The translations under genes and the position numbers were made by a program. Below are positions 27,701-42,700 of a stretch of 64,000 nucleotides of DNA, piece after piece. Position 1 is the stretch's first letter, and every line of letters begins with the position of its first letter. Source of the stretch: Eledone cirrhosa (taxonomy: Eukaryota); NCBI GenBank assembly GCA_964016885.1, contig OZ024740.1, positions 45,322,001-45,386,000 of the forward strand, in the 5' to 3' direction. The notes beneath the pieces are model-generated. The model saw nothing but the letters and a program-made list of their open reading frames with translations, did no database searches and had not been told where the DNA came from.

Positions 27701-30700
27701 GCCTGATGAGCTTGTGACAGATTTTAACTATGTGATGGAGGCACATGGCTTAGTGGTTAGAGCATTGGCCTTGCAATCGAAAGGTTGTGAGTTCAATTCT
27801 CAGACCGGATGATGTGTTGTTTCCTTGAGCAAGAAACTTTATTTCACATTGCTCCAGTTTACTCAGCTGTAGAAATGAGATGATAGGGCCTGGAGTCCAT
27901 ATCATTCCACGGCAAAAAAGCACCCAGCACTCACTGTAAATGAAGTTGGTGTTAGGAAGAGCATCCAGCTGTAGAAATCAAGCCAGAATCAGTTCCCGTC
28001 CCACCCTTGCAAGCAGGGAAAAGCGGACGTAAAATGATGATGATGATTCTGTTGTTTCCATTTGATATCATTTGCCAATCATTTTAGCCTCTACTCTCTC
28101 ATCACATTTATGTTTAATGAACAACCACTACAATAATAAAAGTGTGTTGAGAGACAAGAAGCTACAGTGTTTGGCAATCAAAATCAAACAGAGACAATAT
28201 AGGGTATGAGAGGACCTGTGACAACCTCTCTCGATCAATAACATTCAATACTAATCATCATCATCATTTTATTTTCCCAGCTAGCAAGTGTTGGACATGT
28301 TATTACAAACTTGTCAGTACTCAAGCAGAGCCATTTCTGACCTCCAAGTGGGTCAGGGGCCTAATATACAATCCTGTACTCTGCCAAATGCATTTTGCCA
28401 TGGCACCAACACTAAGGAAGTTGTCATGTCTTTGACATAACTGAAAAGTTATCCTGGCCTTTCATTTGGCAGGTTTTCCTCAGCTGAGTGCCCTTCCTAT
28501 CACCAACCACTTTACAGAGTGTACTGAGTACATTTATCATATAGACCACCAACACTAGGGAACTTATCATGTTTTCCCAACCCTTTGTTTGGCAGGTTTT
28601 CTATGGCTGGATACTCTTCCTATCTTGTTATTTGATGTTGTTTATTTACTTTTTTTTTTTTATAAAACATTTCTTTCAGGCTCGTGATATCTATGAAGAA
28701 GCCATTCAAACTGTTGTAACAGTTAGAGATTTTACCCAAGTATTTGATGCATATGCTCAGTTTGAGAAAAATATGGTCAGTGCAAAAATGGAGGCAATGT
28801 CTGATTCAGGAACATCTCAAGAAGGTAACCTTGTGTTTTATTTATGTTACAACCTACATAGCTCATATGCATTCTGTTATTCTTTTTGATATTGTTGAGT
28901 CTATTGAAACTTTGGATTAGAATACTGACTAGAGAACATGTCTAGCTACAAGACTCACTTAGCTGAACATAATTTTTTGCATGACAGTAACATACCTTTT
29001 CATGGCATCGCCACTCCAGCTTTGCAAGGTGGACCGGGTATTCTTTATCGTGGCACCAGTATGGCCACCATACAGAGGGGACTGACTGCTTTTTATTGTT
29101 GTAGTACCACCATTGTGATGAAGCAGGTGTGGACCCTGTTTGACTTTCCATGCATGCATGGGTTAGACAGGAAAGGTGTATCAGATGTGTGGAAGATGGA
29201 GAGGACTACATCATTATCATTATTAAACATATATTTTCCATGCCCACCTTGGCAAGACAGGTTGTCCTACTGTGAAACTAAGCCAGACAGGAGACCACAT
29301 CTTATTCATAGAATCTGTTATTGTTTTACCATAACTTTCTCAGCCAGATGCCCTTCAAAACTTCAAACAAGCATTTTATCATAATACAAGGTGGAGTATG
29401 TCAAACTTCCAATGTTGGCATGTATTGAATGGGGAGGGGTTGGGCTAAGGTGATGGAGTGAAATGGGGTGGGGGGCAACCTTTCTATGGAAGGAGTTGGA
29501 TGAGTGTGAGGGTAAGGGTTATTATAAAATATATATTCAATATTTTCCAATAAGTTAATATATTTCTGGATAGTCTTCAATTAATTTGATTGGAGATATA
29601 TTTGTTTTATTTTCTCACACTTATTCTTGAGAGTGTCATGAAGCTTGGGGGGGGGGGGGGGTCCTGAGACACATCTTCCAGAGGGTCCTATTACTCATTG
29701 ATATTTAACCCTTTATCATTTACATTACTGTATAAATACTAGTGTATTTTAGCAGTAAAGGCTTTATCTCACATAATATCGAATCTATGAGATTTTGATA
29801 TTATTTATTTTGAGAACAATACCCTAACATCAGTATGAGTGGCCAGTTATGGCCAGTTTGAACTGAAAGAGGTGAGAGAATTCTGGCTGGATACAACTGG
29901 TTTAAATGCTAAAGGGTTAATAAGAGATCTCTTATCGCTTTGATAATTCCTGTATATATATTAGTCTAACATTCTTTTATTTAATTTTCAGATGATCTTG
30001 ATGTTGAGTTACGATTAGCAAGATTGGAACATTTGATGGACAGACGTCCCCGTCTCTTAAATAGGTAATGTTCCAGAATAATTTCCATTCTATCTTCTCT
30101 TTTCACCTAAACATGACAGTATAATATAGTGGAAGGAGATGCAGTAGAGGTAGACCAAGAAAGATCTGGGCAGAGGTGGTGTGACCTGTCCAACCTATGC
30201 AAGCATGGAAAAATGGACGTAAAAATGATGATGATGTTATAAGCTTAATTAAACATTATAGCATAACAAGTGAACTGGCAGAATAGTTAGAGCATTGGCT
30301 ATGGTATCTCATGATATTTGTACTGGCTTTATGTTCTCTTGGTTCAAATCCTCCTGTGGTCAACTTTGATTTTCATACTTCCAAAGGCAATTAATAAAGT
30401 ATAGGGTGACTAAAAACAAAACTGACCCCGTTTTTGTTTGTGTCTACATTATTCATATTTTGACAAAAACCCATGAAATTGCTCCTGGAACTGCTTATAG
30501 TTGTGTTTCCCACAGAAAATCCAGTGCTGGAGCTCCCATTGGTATCTTGCTGTCCTCTTAGATGTTGTATCTGTCATGTCCTGAAATTTAAGGTTGATCA
30601 GTTAGAAAATGGTTATACTGTGACAAAATGTTTGCAGAGGCCAGTTTTTTTGTTGTTTGTTTTTTAGTGACCCTGTACCAGTCCGTTGTGGTGGATTGGT

Positions 30701-33700
30701 GGAATTGTTAGAGTATCAGGTGAAATACTTTATAGGTATGTTTTCTGGCAATTTATTGTATGATTTCAAATGGATGATGAAGAGAAGGAAAATTGACCCA
30801 ATAATTCTTGAATTATGTGATATATAATACAGAGTACCCGACCTCCCATGGGTACAAGCTGAAGCATATAGACAATATGCCCCCACACACCCCACCGCAA
30901 GGTGGTCGTGGAGGTGCCACGGCAAAAAAGCACCCAGCCCACACTGTAAAGTGGACGTGTAGGCGCCACGAAAAAGCACCCAGCACTCACTGTAAATGAG
31001 GTTGGTGTTAGGAAGGGCATCCAGCTGTAGAAATCAAGCCAAATCAGTTCCTGTATGAGCAAGGCATGGTCAGCCGACCAGACACTGCCCACAACAGAAC
31101 AACCCGTCTAACCCATGCTAGCGTGGAAGAACGAACGTAAAACGGTGATGATGATGATGATGATGATGATATTGTAATGAAGTTAAATTATTGAGTCCCA
31201 ATGCTTTCCAGCATAGTTACGTCCCTTTACGATCTGAGTTCAAATCCCGCCGAGGTTGACTTTGCCTTTCATCCTTACGGGGTCGATGAAATAAAGTACC
31301 AGTAATACACTGGGTAATTGCTGGCCTTGTGCCTAAAGTAGAAACAATTATTAAAGTCTTTTTCATTAATTCTATTTCAGTGTTTTACTCCGTCAGAATC
31401 CACACAACGTCCATGAATGGCACAAAAGAGTAAAACTATTTGAGGGGAAACCTCGAGAGGTATTTTCTTTGTTTTTGTTTTGTTGTTGTGTTTTTTTTGT
31501 GTGGGGGGGGGGGGGGGGGGGGGGGACTATTTGAAATTTGTGGATGCTATCCAACCATCAACTTATGGGTCTCCTGCCGATTGGCTCTGGCTGTAAAATA
31601 TGTCCAGTGATTCTTTCCTTAGACATTCTAACCACATGTCCGTAATATTGGAGCTGTGATCTTTCAATTTCAAGAAGTGGCGGGTCTACCTGGAATGACT
31701 CTGATCACCCAGTTATGCATTCACTTGAATAATGTTACTCAAAAGACCCTTCAGATAACCCTATTTTGGCTGCTTGTATTCAGAATCGTATTCTTTCAGC
31801 CATAACCCAAGATTCATGACTATAGATAACAGTTGGCATGAATACCGAATTGAACTTAGCGGGTTTGACTTGTGAAATTAATGTTCAAGTGGCTGAGCAT
31901 TCCATAGACATAAAAACACTTAATGCAATTCTCAGAAATTCGGCATGATATAATGTTGATGGTGCCAAAATTGCACCCAATACACTGTAAAGTTGTAGTG
32001 TTGGTGCATGATAAAATGTACCCGGAACACTCTGTAAAGTGGTAATGCCTATGCCACAATAAAATGCACCCAGTATTCTGTGTAAAGTGGTAGTGCTGGT
32101 ACTATGATAAAATACATCTAATGCATTCTGTAAAGGGGTTGGCATTAGGAGGGTTATCCAGTTATAGAAATTATGCTAGAATATGGAACATATGAGCAAG
32201 ACATATTTCTGTAGCCCATGTAATCTCAAATCTTGTTGACCCTTCCAACTGATGCCAATAGGTAGAGTCCATCCCATCCAACCAAACAATTTCTATCTAC
32301 TTAATTCCCTTATTGTTTTATTGTCAGGTTATCAATACTTATACAGAGGCTGTCCAGACGGTTGATCCAAAACTTGCCACTGGCAAACTTTACACTATTT
32401 GGGTGGAATTTGCTAAATTTTATGAAAATGCACAACAAGTAGATGATGTAAGTCTCTCTCTCCTCTCTCTCCTCTATCTTCTCTCCCTCTCCTCCTCTCT
32501 CCCCTGTCACTCTCTCTTCCATTTTTTCGTATTTTCATAAATCAATATTGATACGTTTTTTTCAGACTTGAAACATATTTTACCTTATAAAAGAAAAGGT
32601 GTCTATTTGATTAATCTGACCTAAGACCCCACAGAATGGAAAGTAAAATCAATTATGGAAGGGTTTGAACTAAAAAACAAAAAACATGTTTTCTCTGGAG
32701 TTGTTGGGGCATTTTCCTGACATACTTGAGCATTTAAACATGGCAGAGCCCTTTTTTCTCCAGGTCTGAACACAGCCAGTTTCTTACAGCAGTAGAGATA
32801 AAGTAAGACAGAGATATAGAGGAAGAATCAACCTCAGTATTGAACTGGTACTTTAATTATCAATATTAAAAGGATGAAAAACAAAGTCAACCTCAGCAGA
32901 ATTTGAACTCAGAGTATAGAGAGTGCTGTAACAAATATCATAACGCAGTTGGAAAGTACAATAACTAGGGTAAGAACGGGATGGAAGAAGTTCAGGGAGC
33001 CACTGCTAGCTGCAAAAGGCTTTTCCCTCAAAATGTATGATGCATGTATATGAACAGCAATGTTAAATGGTAGTGAGATCTGGGCGCTGTCTGTAGAAGA
33101 CTTGCGCATATTAGAAAGAAACTAAGCTTGCATGCTCCGATGGATGTGTCATCATTCATCATCATCATTTCATTTTACGTCCGCTTTTCCCTGCTTGCAA
33201 GGGTGGGACGGGAACTGATGCTGGCTTGATTTCTACAGCTGGATGCCCTTCCTAACACCAACCTCATTTACAGTGAGTGCTGGGTGCTTTTTTGCCGTGG
33301 CACCTCCACAACCACTTTGTAGTGGAATGACAGGGACCCCAGCCCTATCATCTCATTTCTACAGCTGAGTAAACTGGAGCAATGTGAAATAAAGTGTCTT
33401 GCTCAAGAAAACAACACATCACCCGGTCTGAGACTTGAACTCACAACCTTTCGATTGCAAGGCCAATGCTCTAACCACTAAGCCATGTGCCTCCATAGTA
33501 ATATACTATGTGTACGATGTGTACGAATATATACAATGTGTAATAGTAATATACGCGAACAGCAAAGCATAAACGAACTGAGAGAAAGACTGAGCATAAG
33601 ACGAATCAAATGCTGTGCGCAGGAGAGGAGGTTATGTTGGTATGGACATGTGATGCATATGAAGGATGACAGCTGCATAAAAAGGTGCAGAGTACTAGAA

Positions 33701-36700
33701 GTTGATGGAAGCCGCAGAGTGGGGAGACCCAAGAAGACCTGGGATTAGGTGATAAAAGCTGACCTTACCCAATTGCACCTCTCAAGGGCGAAGACACACA
33801 ACCGTGACCTCTGCCGTCACGCAGTAATACAGAAGACCTGACTTCCCACAGGAACAAGCAGAAGCTGAAGCATATAGACAATATGCCCCCACCCCCTACC
33901 ACTGCAAAGTGGTTGTGGAGGTGCCACGGCAAAAAAGCACCCACACTGTAAAGTGGATGTGTAGGCGCCATGGAAAAAAAACACCCTCACTGTAAATGAG
34001 GTTGGTGTTAGGAAGGGCATCCAGCTGTAGAAATCAAGCCAGAATCAGTTCCTGTATGAGCAAGACAAGGTCAGCCAACTGGACACTACCCACAACAGGA
34101 CAACTCGTCTAACCCATGCTAGTGTGGAAGAACAGACGTAAAACGGTGATGATGATGATTCTGTTTGGGCATCTAGTCATAGAAAGCTTGCCAAACAAAG
34201 GGATGAGAAGACCGTTTAGTCGTGTCAAAGACATGACAACCTCTCCTGTGCGCTCAGTAAAATGTGAGACCATACATAAACGAGATGCAGATCACTAGTC
34301 TGTCTTGGAGGTCAGTAGCTCTGCTTCAATACAGACTTGGTCTATGTAAACCCATCCAATCCTAGCTAGCAGGGAAAGTGAATGTTAAAACAAAGATGAT
34401 GATGATGTTCAAATGACTTTTGCTAATTAACTGTCTATACCACTAACTAAGATATAGTAACAGATATAATGTATTAATACTTCTGCATGGCAGTAAGTGA
34501 GTTATGGACAATGAAGGCAGGGCATATGCAAAGGCTGGGGAGAAATGAAGCAAGCATGATCCATTGGATGTGCAATGTTAATGTGTTTCAACAATGAAAC
34601 ATGGATGATCTAAAAGAGACACTGAATATAAGAGGAATTAGATGTAGTGTGCAAGAGAGAAGACTGCTTATATGGACTTGTGATGGATCCAAATGGAAGG
34701 TAGCTGCAGTACAGGATGACCTGGGCAGAAGTGGTAAGAGCTGATTACAAATCACTAAGCCTCATAAAGGATTGCAATTAGTGGAGTGACACTATGCTGG
34801 AGAAGACCTGGTCAATCCATTTAAACATGGAAAATCATCACCATCATCTTTTTACATCTTTTTCATGTTTACATAGGTTGATGTAAAATGTTGATAATGA
34901 TGATGGCTGTATGTTAACATTCTACACAATAGTGGAATTTTAAGTGCATTAATAGTATATTTGTAGCTGTACTCTAGCTGCACAGTTAAATAACACTACC
35001 TACAACAGTACACTGTATGTTAGCCACAATTGAGATGTAGTTACTACTATAACACATATACTAGCTCATTTCAAAACAAAAGATTTATTCATCTATCACA
35101 CAATCTGCAAGTTCGCCTGCTTCCTCAGTTGCAATTTGGTCCATTGCCAAAAGTATTTCTACCAACTTTTTAGAATTCTCTTATCTGCTTTCTTCTTGCC
35201 ACCCAAGTTGTTTCTATAAGCAATACATCTACAAATATAGCCACTGCATTTGCTGCCTAATTTACTTCAATAATGCTTGTATGCATGTAACAAAATGTTT
35301 TCTGAGGTTATGACAAACACATAATTATGGTTCTATCTTCACTAAAGTGAAGGCACATGGCCTAGTTGTTCCCAAATCAATTGTCACATGACCAACTAGT
35401 ACATTGTGTCCTTGAACAAGACACTTCATTTTACATTCTTCCAGTTCATTCAGCTGAAACAAATGAGTACCAGCAGGGGCTGGAGTTAACCCAGCAATGG
35501 ATTGGTATCCCATCCAGAGGATAGTCTTTTACTTTCAGCCACTTAACACCAATAAATCCAAGATAAGTTATGGCCTGATTAGCTGCTGGGGCTTCAGGCA
35601 GACTTTAACATCTTCATTGTGTATCCTGGTTTTTAGAACAGGTACATTGTATCTTTGGATGTTGTAAGAGGTGACTATAAGGGTTGGCATTAGGAAGAGC
35701 ATCTGGTTGTAAATCATTGTCTCAAAACATCCTGTCCAACCCATGCCAGCATGGAAAAGTAAATACAATGATAATGATTAAACTATTCACCTTTTCTCTC
35801 ATGATGAATATTTATCCCACCTATAGAAACATATGACTTCACCACATATAGGGTATTTAGTCCTACCTAGAGAAACATATGACCTCACCACATATAGGGT
35901 ATTTAGTCCTACCTATAGAAACATATGACCCAGCCACATAAAGGGTATTTAGTCCACCTATAGAAACATGTGACCTCACTACATAAAGGGCATTTATCCC
36001 ACCTTTAGAAACATGACCCAGCCACATAAAGAGTATTTAGCACACTTATAGAAACATATGACCCTGTTACGTAAAGGATATTTAACCCAACCAACAAAAA
36101 GGGTATTTAGTCCTACCTATAGAAACATATGACCCAGCCACATAAAGGATATTTATCCCATCTATAGAAACATGACATATCCACGAAAAAGAGTAGCTTC
36201 TCTGGGACTAAAAATTTATTATATTTACTACATGATTTAAGTGAATACTTTTCATTACCTCTTTGCTGTCAACTATTCCAAAATTGTGTATCAATTTCTG
36301 TATTACAGGCTAGAATAATATATGAGAAAGCTATCAAACATTGTAGATATTGCTTTAGTATTACCGCATATACTCAAATATAACCTCCCCTCACCTGTTC
36401 TATGTCTGTAAAATAGGTGAAAATCCAAACCCCTTTTATAAACTGAGGCAGCTAATCAACACATTGTTTAGATGGCATATATAAGCCAACTTCCCATTTT
36501 ACTATTGATTTTTTGCTCACATATACCTCAGCTTATATTCAAGTATATACAGTATTTCAACATTGTTTGTCAATTTCTGTATTACAGGCTAGAATAATAT
36601 TTGAGAAAGCTATCAAAGTACCATTCAAACACGTTGTGGATATTGCTTCGGTTTGGTGTGAATGGGCTGAACTGGAAATCCGTAATGAGTGAGTGAACCA

Positions 36701-39700
36701 TGTTTAAATTACCATCATTTTACTGTTGTGATCGTCAACATCATTAACATCACCATCATCATCATAATCACATCATTATTATTGTCATCATCATGTTTTT
36801 ATGTCTATTTTTGAATACTAGCATGGGTTTAATAAACCAAGTTAGTACTATATTATTGCCACTGTCTTGCTAGACGAGCCTAGGAACCATGTTTTGCTCA
36901 AATACATTTCCTTTTTGGAATAGTTTCTACAGCTGGATGCCTTTCTTAACACCAACCACTTTACAGAGTGTACTGGATGCATTCTATTGTATCACCAGCT
37001 TTAGAAAGGATGAAGAGCTCTCTTTACAATTTTTTGACTTGTTTTCTACAGCCAGACTATTTTTTTTACTTGTTTTCTCACACTAACTACTTTATAGGAT
37101 ATATTGACTGTATTTCATTGTGGCACCAGGTTCATGACGCAACTGAAGAGTCCTCTCTACTTCTTTTGGCATGATTTCTACATTTGACTGCCCTTCTCAA
37201 CACCAGCTACTTTACAAAGTTTACTGGGGACATTTAATCATGCCACCAGAACTAAGGAGGTTGTCAGACATGACTAATGAGTCCTTTCTACACTATGTTT
37301 CTACCATTTGAATGTCATTCACTTAATGTATACCAAGTACATTTTATAGTGGCATCAACACTAGAGAGGTCGCCTTGTTCCAAAGAAAACCTGGTCCTCA
37401 TAAAATAATCTATTGACATAGGTTTGTGCTATGATGAAGACTCTTGGAACACTCTCAAATGTGGCTGGTATTTTTATGATAAACTACATAAGTTAGAGAG
37501 GAATCTACAGCCACATTGAGGACATGACAATATTTCTTATGTTGGTGCCATGATAAAATGTGTCCAATACATCTTGTAAAATGGTAGTGCTGGTACCACA
37601 ATAAAATGCAGCCAATACACTCAATAAAGTGGTAGTGCTTGTGCCACTATAAAATGCACTCTATGCACATCGAATTGGCATGAAGATGATGATGATGTCA
37701 TTATTTACATCTGATTCTAGTGTATCAACAGGTTTCTATTCTATTTCATTTCTAGAAACTATGATGAAGCTCTGAAATTAATGCAGAGAGTGACAACACC
37801 TCCTTCTCGGAAGATCTCTTATCATGATGAGGTAAGTAAACAGCATTGATTACTAGATTTATTCTTAGATTTCATTTTATTTTACCCGGTTTCACTCATT
37901 CAACTGTGGCCATGCTGGAGCACCTCATTCAAGTGTCCAGTTAGTCATATCAATCTCAGTTCATATTTTCTAAGTTTGATACATATGTTATCGATCTCTA
38001 TTTGTCGAACTGTTAAGTTATGAGACACAAACAGTAAATGTGAACTCAGACACAGAAATACGTATACAGATATATAGTAAACATACATTTAGTCTCGCTG
38101 TGAGTATTTTCAACTGTGATTATATATATCGGTCTATATATATAAATATATAACTTTATTCTGAATAATTTGTTTGTCCTACATCTATATATAAATTTGT
38201 GTGATTCTGTCACTATGCATAAAGAGAGAGGTGTAGTTTGACTACCTCATACTACTCTCTCTTTACGTCTGCTGCCTACGTGAATGTATGTGTATGTGAA
38301 AGAAAGGAAGGGGATGGGGAAAAAATTACACTGTGTGAGTATGTGTGTGTTTGTGTAAATGTATGTGTGTTTGTGCGAATGTATGTCTGTGAGTGTGTAT
38401 TCTTGTAACTGTCTGTGTTTGTGCGTTTATATTTATACACATACATATAAATGTATGCACACACATACGCGCCGGTGTATGGAAAAAAATTCTAGTAAAC
38501 AACATTCCCTGCAGCATAGAGGTCAACAAAGATGGCAGTGAATATAATCATCATCATCATTTAACACCCATTTTCCCTACTAGCAAGGGTTGGACATGTT
38601 TTCACAGACCAGTCAGTAGTCAAGCAGACTACTGACCTAAAGTTGGACCAGGAATCCTGATATACGGTCTCTCGCCAACATTAGGGAAGTTGTCATGTCC
38701 TTGACATAGTTACAGAGTCTTCCTGACCCTTTGATTTGCAGGTTTGCTATAGTTGAATGCCCTTATCACTTACCATTTTACAGAATGAACTGGGTGATCA
38801 TTATATATACTTATAAAACAAAATGTTGTTGTTGATGTTGTTTTTAATGGTATTCATAACTGTTTTATAGACTGAAACAGTCCAAGACCGTGTACACAAA
38901 TCACTCAAAGTTTGGTCATTTTATGCTGACTTGGAAGAATCATTTGGTACATTTAAGGTATAGTAAGCTTTGTTATTACTTCCAAATTTTTATTATTGTC
39001 ACACTTATTTGAACTCTTTCATTGCCATTTTTTTACCCAGTCATTCTTTGATCCACTGCAAGATGAAGCCATAGCAGCTATGCTGGTTCATTAGACCTAC
39101 CTACCTGTCTAGGCTGGTTCCATAGATCTTCCTACATGTCTATGCTGGTTCATTAGATCTACCTATCTACCTGTCCATGCTGGTTCTTTAGACCTACCTG
39201 TCTATGTTAGGTCCTTAAGCCTACTACCTACCTATCTATGCTGGTTTTATAGACCTACTTACCTATTTACCTGTCTATGCTGGTTCCATAGACCTATCTA
39301 CCTACCTGTCAGACCTAATACCAACTTGTTCATGCAGGACAAAGAGGCTGAAGAAATACCACAAAATATCTCATCCGACACTGTAACAGTTCCATCAATC
39401 CACTACCCCTAGACTGGTACTTTATTGACCACAATAGGATGAAAGGCAAAGTTTATCGCAGCAGGATTTAAACTGAGTACAAAGAGTTGGAACAAATTCT
39501 GCTAACATTTAATCCTATCCCTTAACAACTCTGCTAATTCAATTAATATGCTTTAATTCATTCTGTTATTTTTTTTTGAAAATCATTTTATAATAATCTA
39601 ATGCATTAACAATCAATAGCATAAAATTATTCTAAAATGTTTGTTGGTTTATACAAGGTGTGTCAGAAAAGTTCCAGGACTGATGTCACAAAAGATTTAT

Positions 39701-42700
39701 TTCAAACCCAAACTTCACACTAAGAGTTTTCTCCGTCAAAGTAATCCCCCTGGAGTCTAATGCACTTTTCCATCCTTTTCTGCCACGCTTGCATGCACTC
39801 CTGGAAGGATTCTTCCAGGATCCTCCGCAGTTCCATCGTCACAGCCTTTTTGATGTCGTCCACGTCTTCAAAACGGGTCCCTAGCAAATCTGGTTCGGTT
39901 TCAAGACGCTCGAGGATGTCCTGGCACACTTGCATGCATCGACCCTTCTGCTCATCGTTCAGCAGTTTTGGCACCATCTTCGCGCAGACTTTCCGCATGT
40001 CCAAATCTTCAGTGAGAATCTTCCAGACGCTGTCCTGATTCATGCCCAGCTCATTTGCCATCAGTCGAACAGTCAGCCGACGATCGCTACGCACCATCTG
40101 CCTGACGCGCTCAACGTTGACCTCAGTCCTGGTTGTTGAGGGCCTTCCGCTCCTGGGGTCATCTTGCACCACTCAAAAACATGTGAGCGTGACATCATCT
40201 CATCTCCATACACTTGCTGCAGCAATCCCAGTGCTTCTGACGGAATTTTCCCCAACCGTGCCAGAAACTTCAAGTTTGTTCATTGCTCTGTGCTCATTCT
40301 TGACGACCTGAAACAGAGGACATGTATATAAAATTATGAAGAAAAAAGTTTGATTGCTGCAGAGAGCTAAGATTACAGTTACATACTCCAGGGGGATTAC
40401 TTTGAAGGAGAAAACTTTTAGTTTGAAGTTTGGATTTGAAATAAATCTTTTGTGACATTAGTCCTGGAACTTTTCTGACACACCTCGTATTTAAATTTAA
40501 ATTTTTGATATGACATATAAATAATTGTCACTTATGTTTTATATCATCATACATCCATTTTCCCTGCCAGCAGGGGTTTGATGGGTTGTCACAGACCAAG
40601 TCAGTACTCAAGAGAAGCTACTGACCCTTGAGATGACTGGGATGACAGAATACTTAGGGCAGGAGGTCACATTTCACTTACAAAACATTCCTCCACACTA
40701 CCAATTATATTTTAATAGATTCTAGCTTTAAATATGATGAATGTTATGTCAACATTTTTGTTCCTTTCTTGTATTGTTGTCACTGCAATATTTCAGAGTT
40801 GTAAAGCTGTCTATGACAGGATTATTGATCTAAGGATTGCTACACCACAGATTATTATTAATTATGGAATGTTTCTGGAAGAGAACAATTACTATGAAGA
40901 GGCATTTAAAGTAAGTTTTACAAATATCTACCTTTTCTAAAAAAAAATGTTCATTTCTCCTTGTTATACAACAAGCATTTTAAAGACACTTTTCTTGCTA
41001 AAGCAGAGGTTAGCCTTGCAGGTATCATAACAAACCTCATATCATGAGTTTCTTTTTGAGTTAATATTTTACAGCCAGATATCCTTCCTGGTGCTAATAC
41101 TTTTAGTCATTTACAACAATTTAAAGATATTCTAAATTGGATGTTCTCAGAAGTTATTAACAACTTGGTATATCATTGGCTAATTATATACACACTTTTA
41201 CACATATTTTGCAAGAAAATTAATCTGAAATCAGTTTATTACAGATGTATTTTAGAAGTATTGTATTTGCCACGTCTGACCTATTCTCCTGTGCATAGTT
41301 TACAGAGATTGTTACTATTCACCCCAGTTTAAATGTGAAGCTATGGCTCTCTTAGCTAGGTTGGAGGACAATACCATGTCTTTATGTTCCAATATTTGGC
41401 ATGGTGTCCTTGGTTTGATACCCTTCCTAACATCAACCACATTACAGAGTGCACCAGCACAAGAGAGGTTGTTTTGTCCTTGACATTACTGAAGAGTCTG
41501 CCCTACTCTACATTATCTCTGATAATAAACCTCTTTACAGAGTGTACTGGGTGTATTTTATGGGACAAGCACTAGATAAGTTGTCAAGTCCTTAACATGG
41601 CTAAATCAGCCTCAATACCTTAGGTTGTCTATGATTGTCAACCACTTTACAGAGTGTACAGGGTGTATTTTATCCTGGAACCAGCACTTGGGAGGTTGCC
41701 TTGTTCACTGCAGAGCTATAGTGTTATTGGTGGAAATTATTTCACTGATCTACTAGATGAAAACTTAATTTAAGATGACAAGATTTCAGTTAAATACTGT
41801 AAACTATTAAAACACGTTAATAGTATGGTTAGACATCTTTCTATTTGATTTCAGCTAAACACTAAGATATTAAATCATGTTTTGTATAGTTAGTTTAGTT
41901 TTGATTTCAGTTAAACACTGTAAGCTGTTAAAGCATTTTTAGTATGGTTAGATATATTTTTGTAGGAAAATTTGAGCTGTGCTGACAGGTCAGACAATTT
42001 ACAAAGCAACTCTGATGTGAGTTTAACATAAATGTTGTTATGCTGTGGGTCATTTAACTGTGTTGAATGTAAATTGTATTGTTTTTTACTTCCAGGCTTA
42101 CGAAAAAGGAATTGCATTGTTTAAATGGCCTAATGTTTATGATATATGGAATACATACTTAACAAAGTTTATTGCAAGATATGTAAGTAGAATTCATTCC
42201 TTTCACATATAAATTCTATTTGTATATCTAAAAAAATATATTTGAACTTTAAAAATATTATTTTAATACTTTATTGTATCATTTTCATATTCTTACCATT
42301 TAAGAGGACAGCTTACTTGCTTTTTGTTTTTTTATTGATTTTGCATCAATTTTTCCATGCTGGTACAGGTTGGACAAGGGTCAGAACTAACCCTAGTTTC
42401 ATGTGGCATTAAGCAACTGAAAGGATGTCAGTCGGTTGTATGGTTAAGCCCAACTTCTGCTGGTAGTCATTCCCTGTTATGTGGACTGAAGCATTGTATA
42501 ATAAAGGCATTTTCTCAAGAACACAATGCACTGCTCAGCATGGGGAATAAACTTACAACCTTACTGTTTTGAGACCAACATGTTAACCACTAGGTCATTT
42601 GCTTTCACTGAACTTAGAATTGTGTGACCAATATTAGTCTATGTCTTTCCTGAACTTAAACAGTTGTGAGACCAAGATGCTAACCACTAGGTCGCCTGCC

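Noticed and set aside
31503-31525. Poly-G tracts (also ~29647, ~51238) as G-quadruplex regulators
   Set aside because: They are simple homopolymers with unreliable length and no further support.
41783-41960. Short local tandem duplications (also ~20590-20700, 24890-25180, 59570-59770)
   Set aside because: These are ordinary two-copy slippage duplications with no functional signal.
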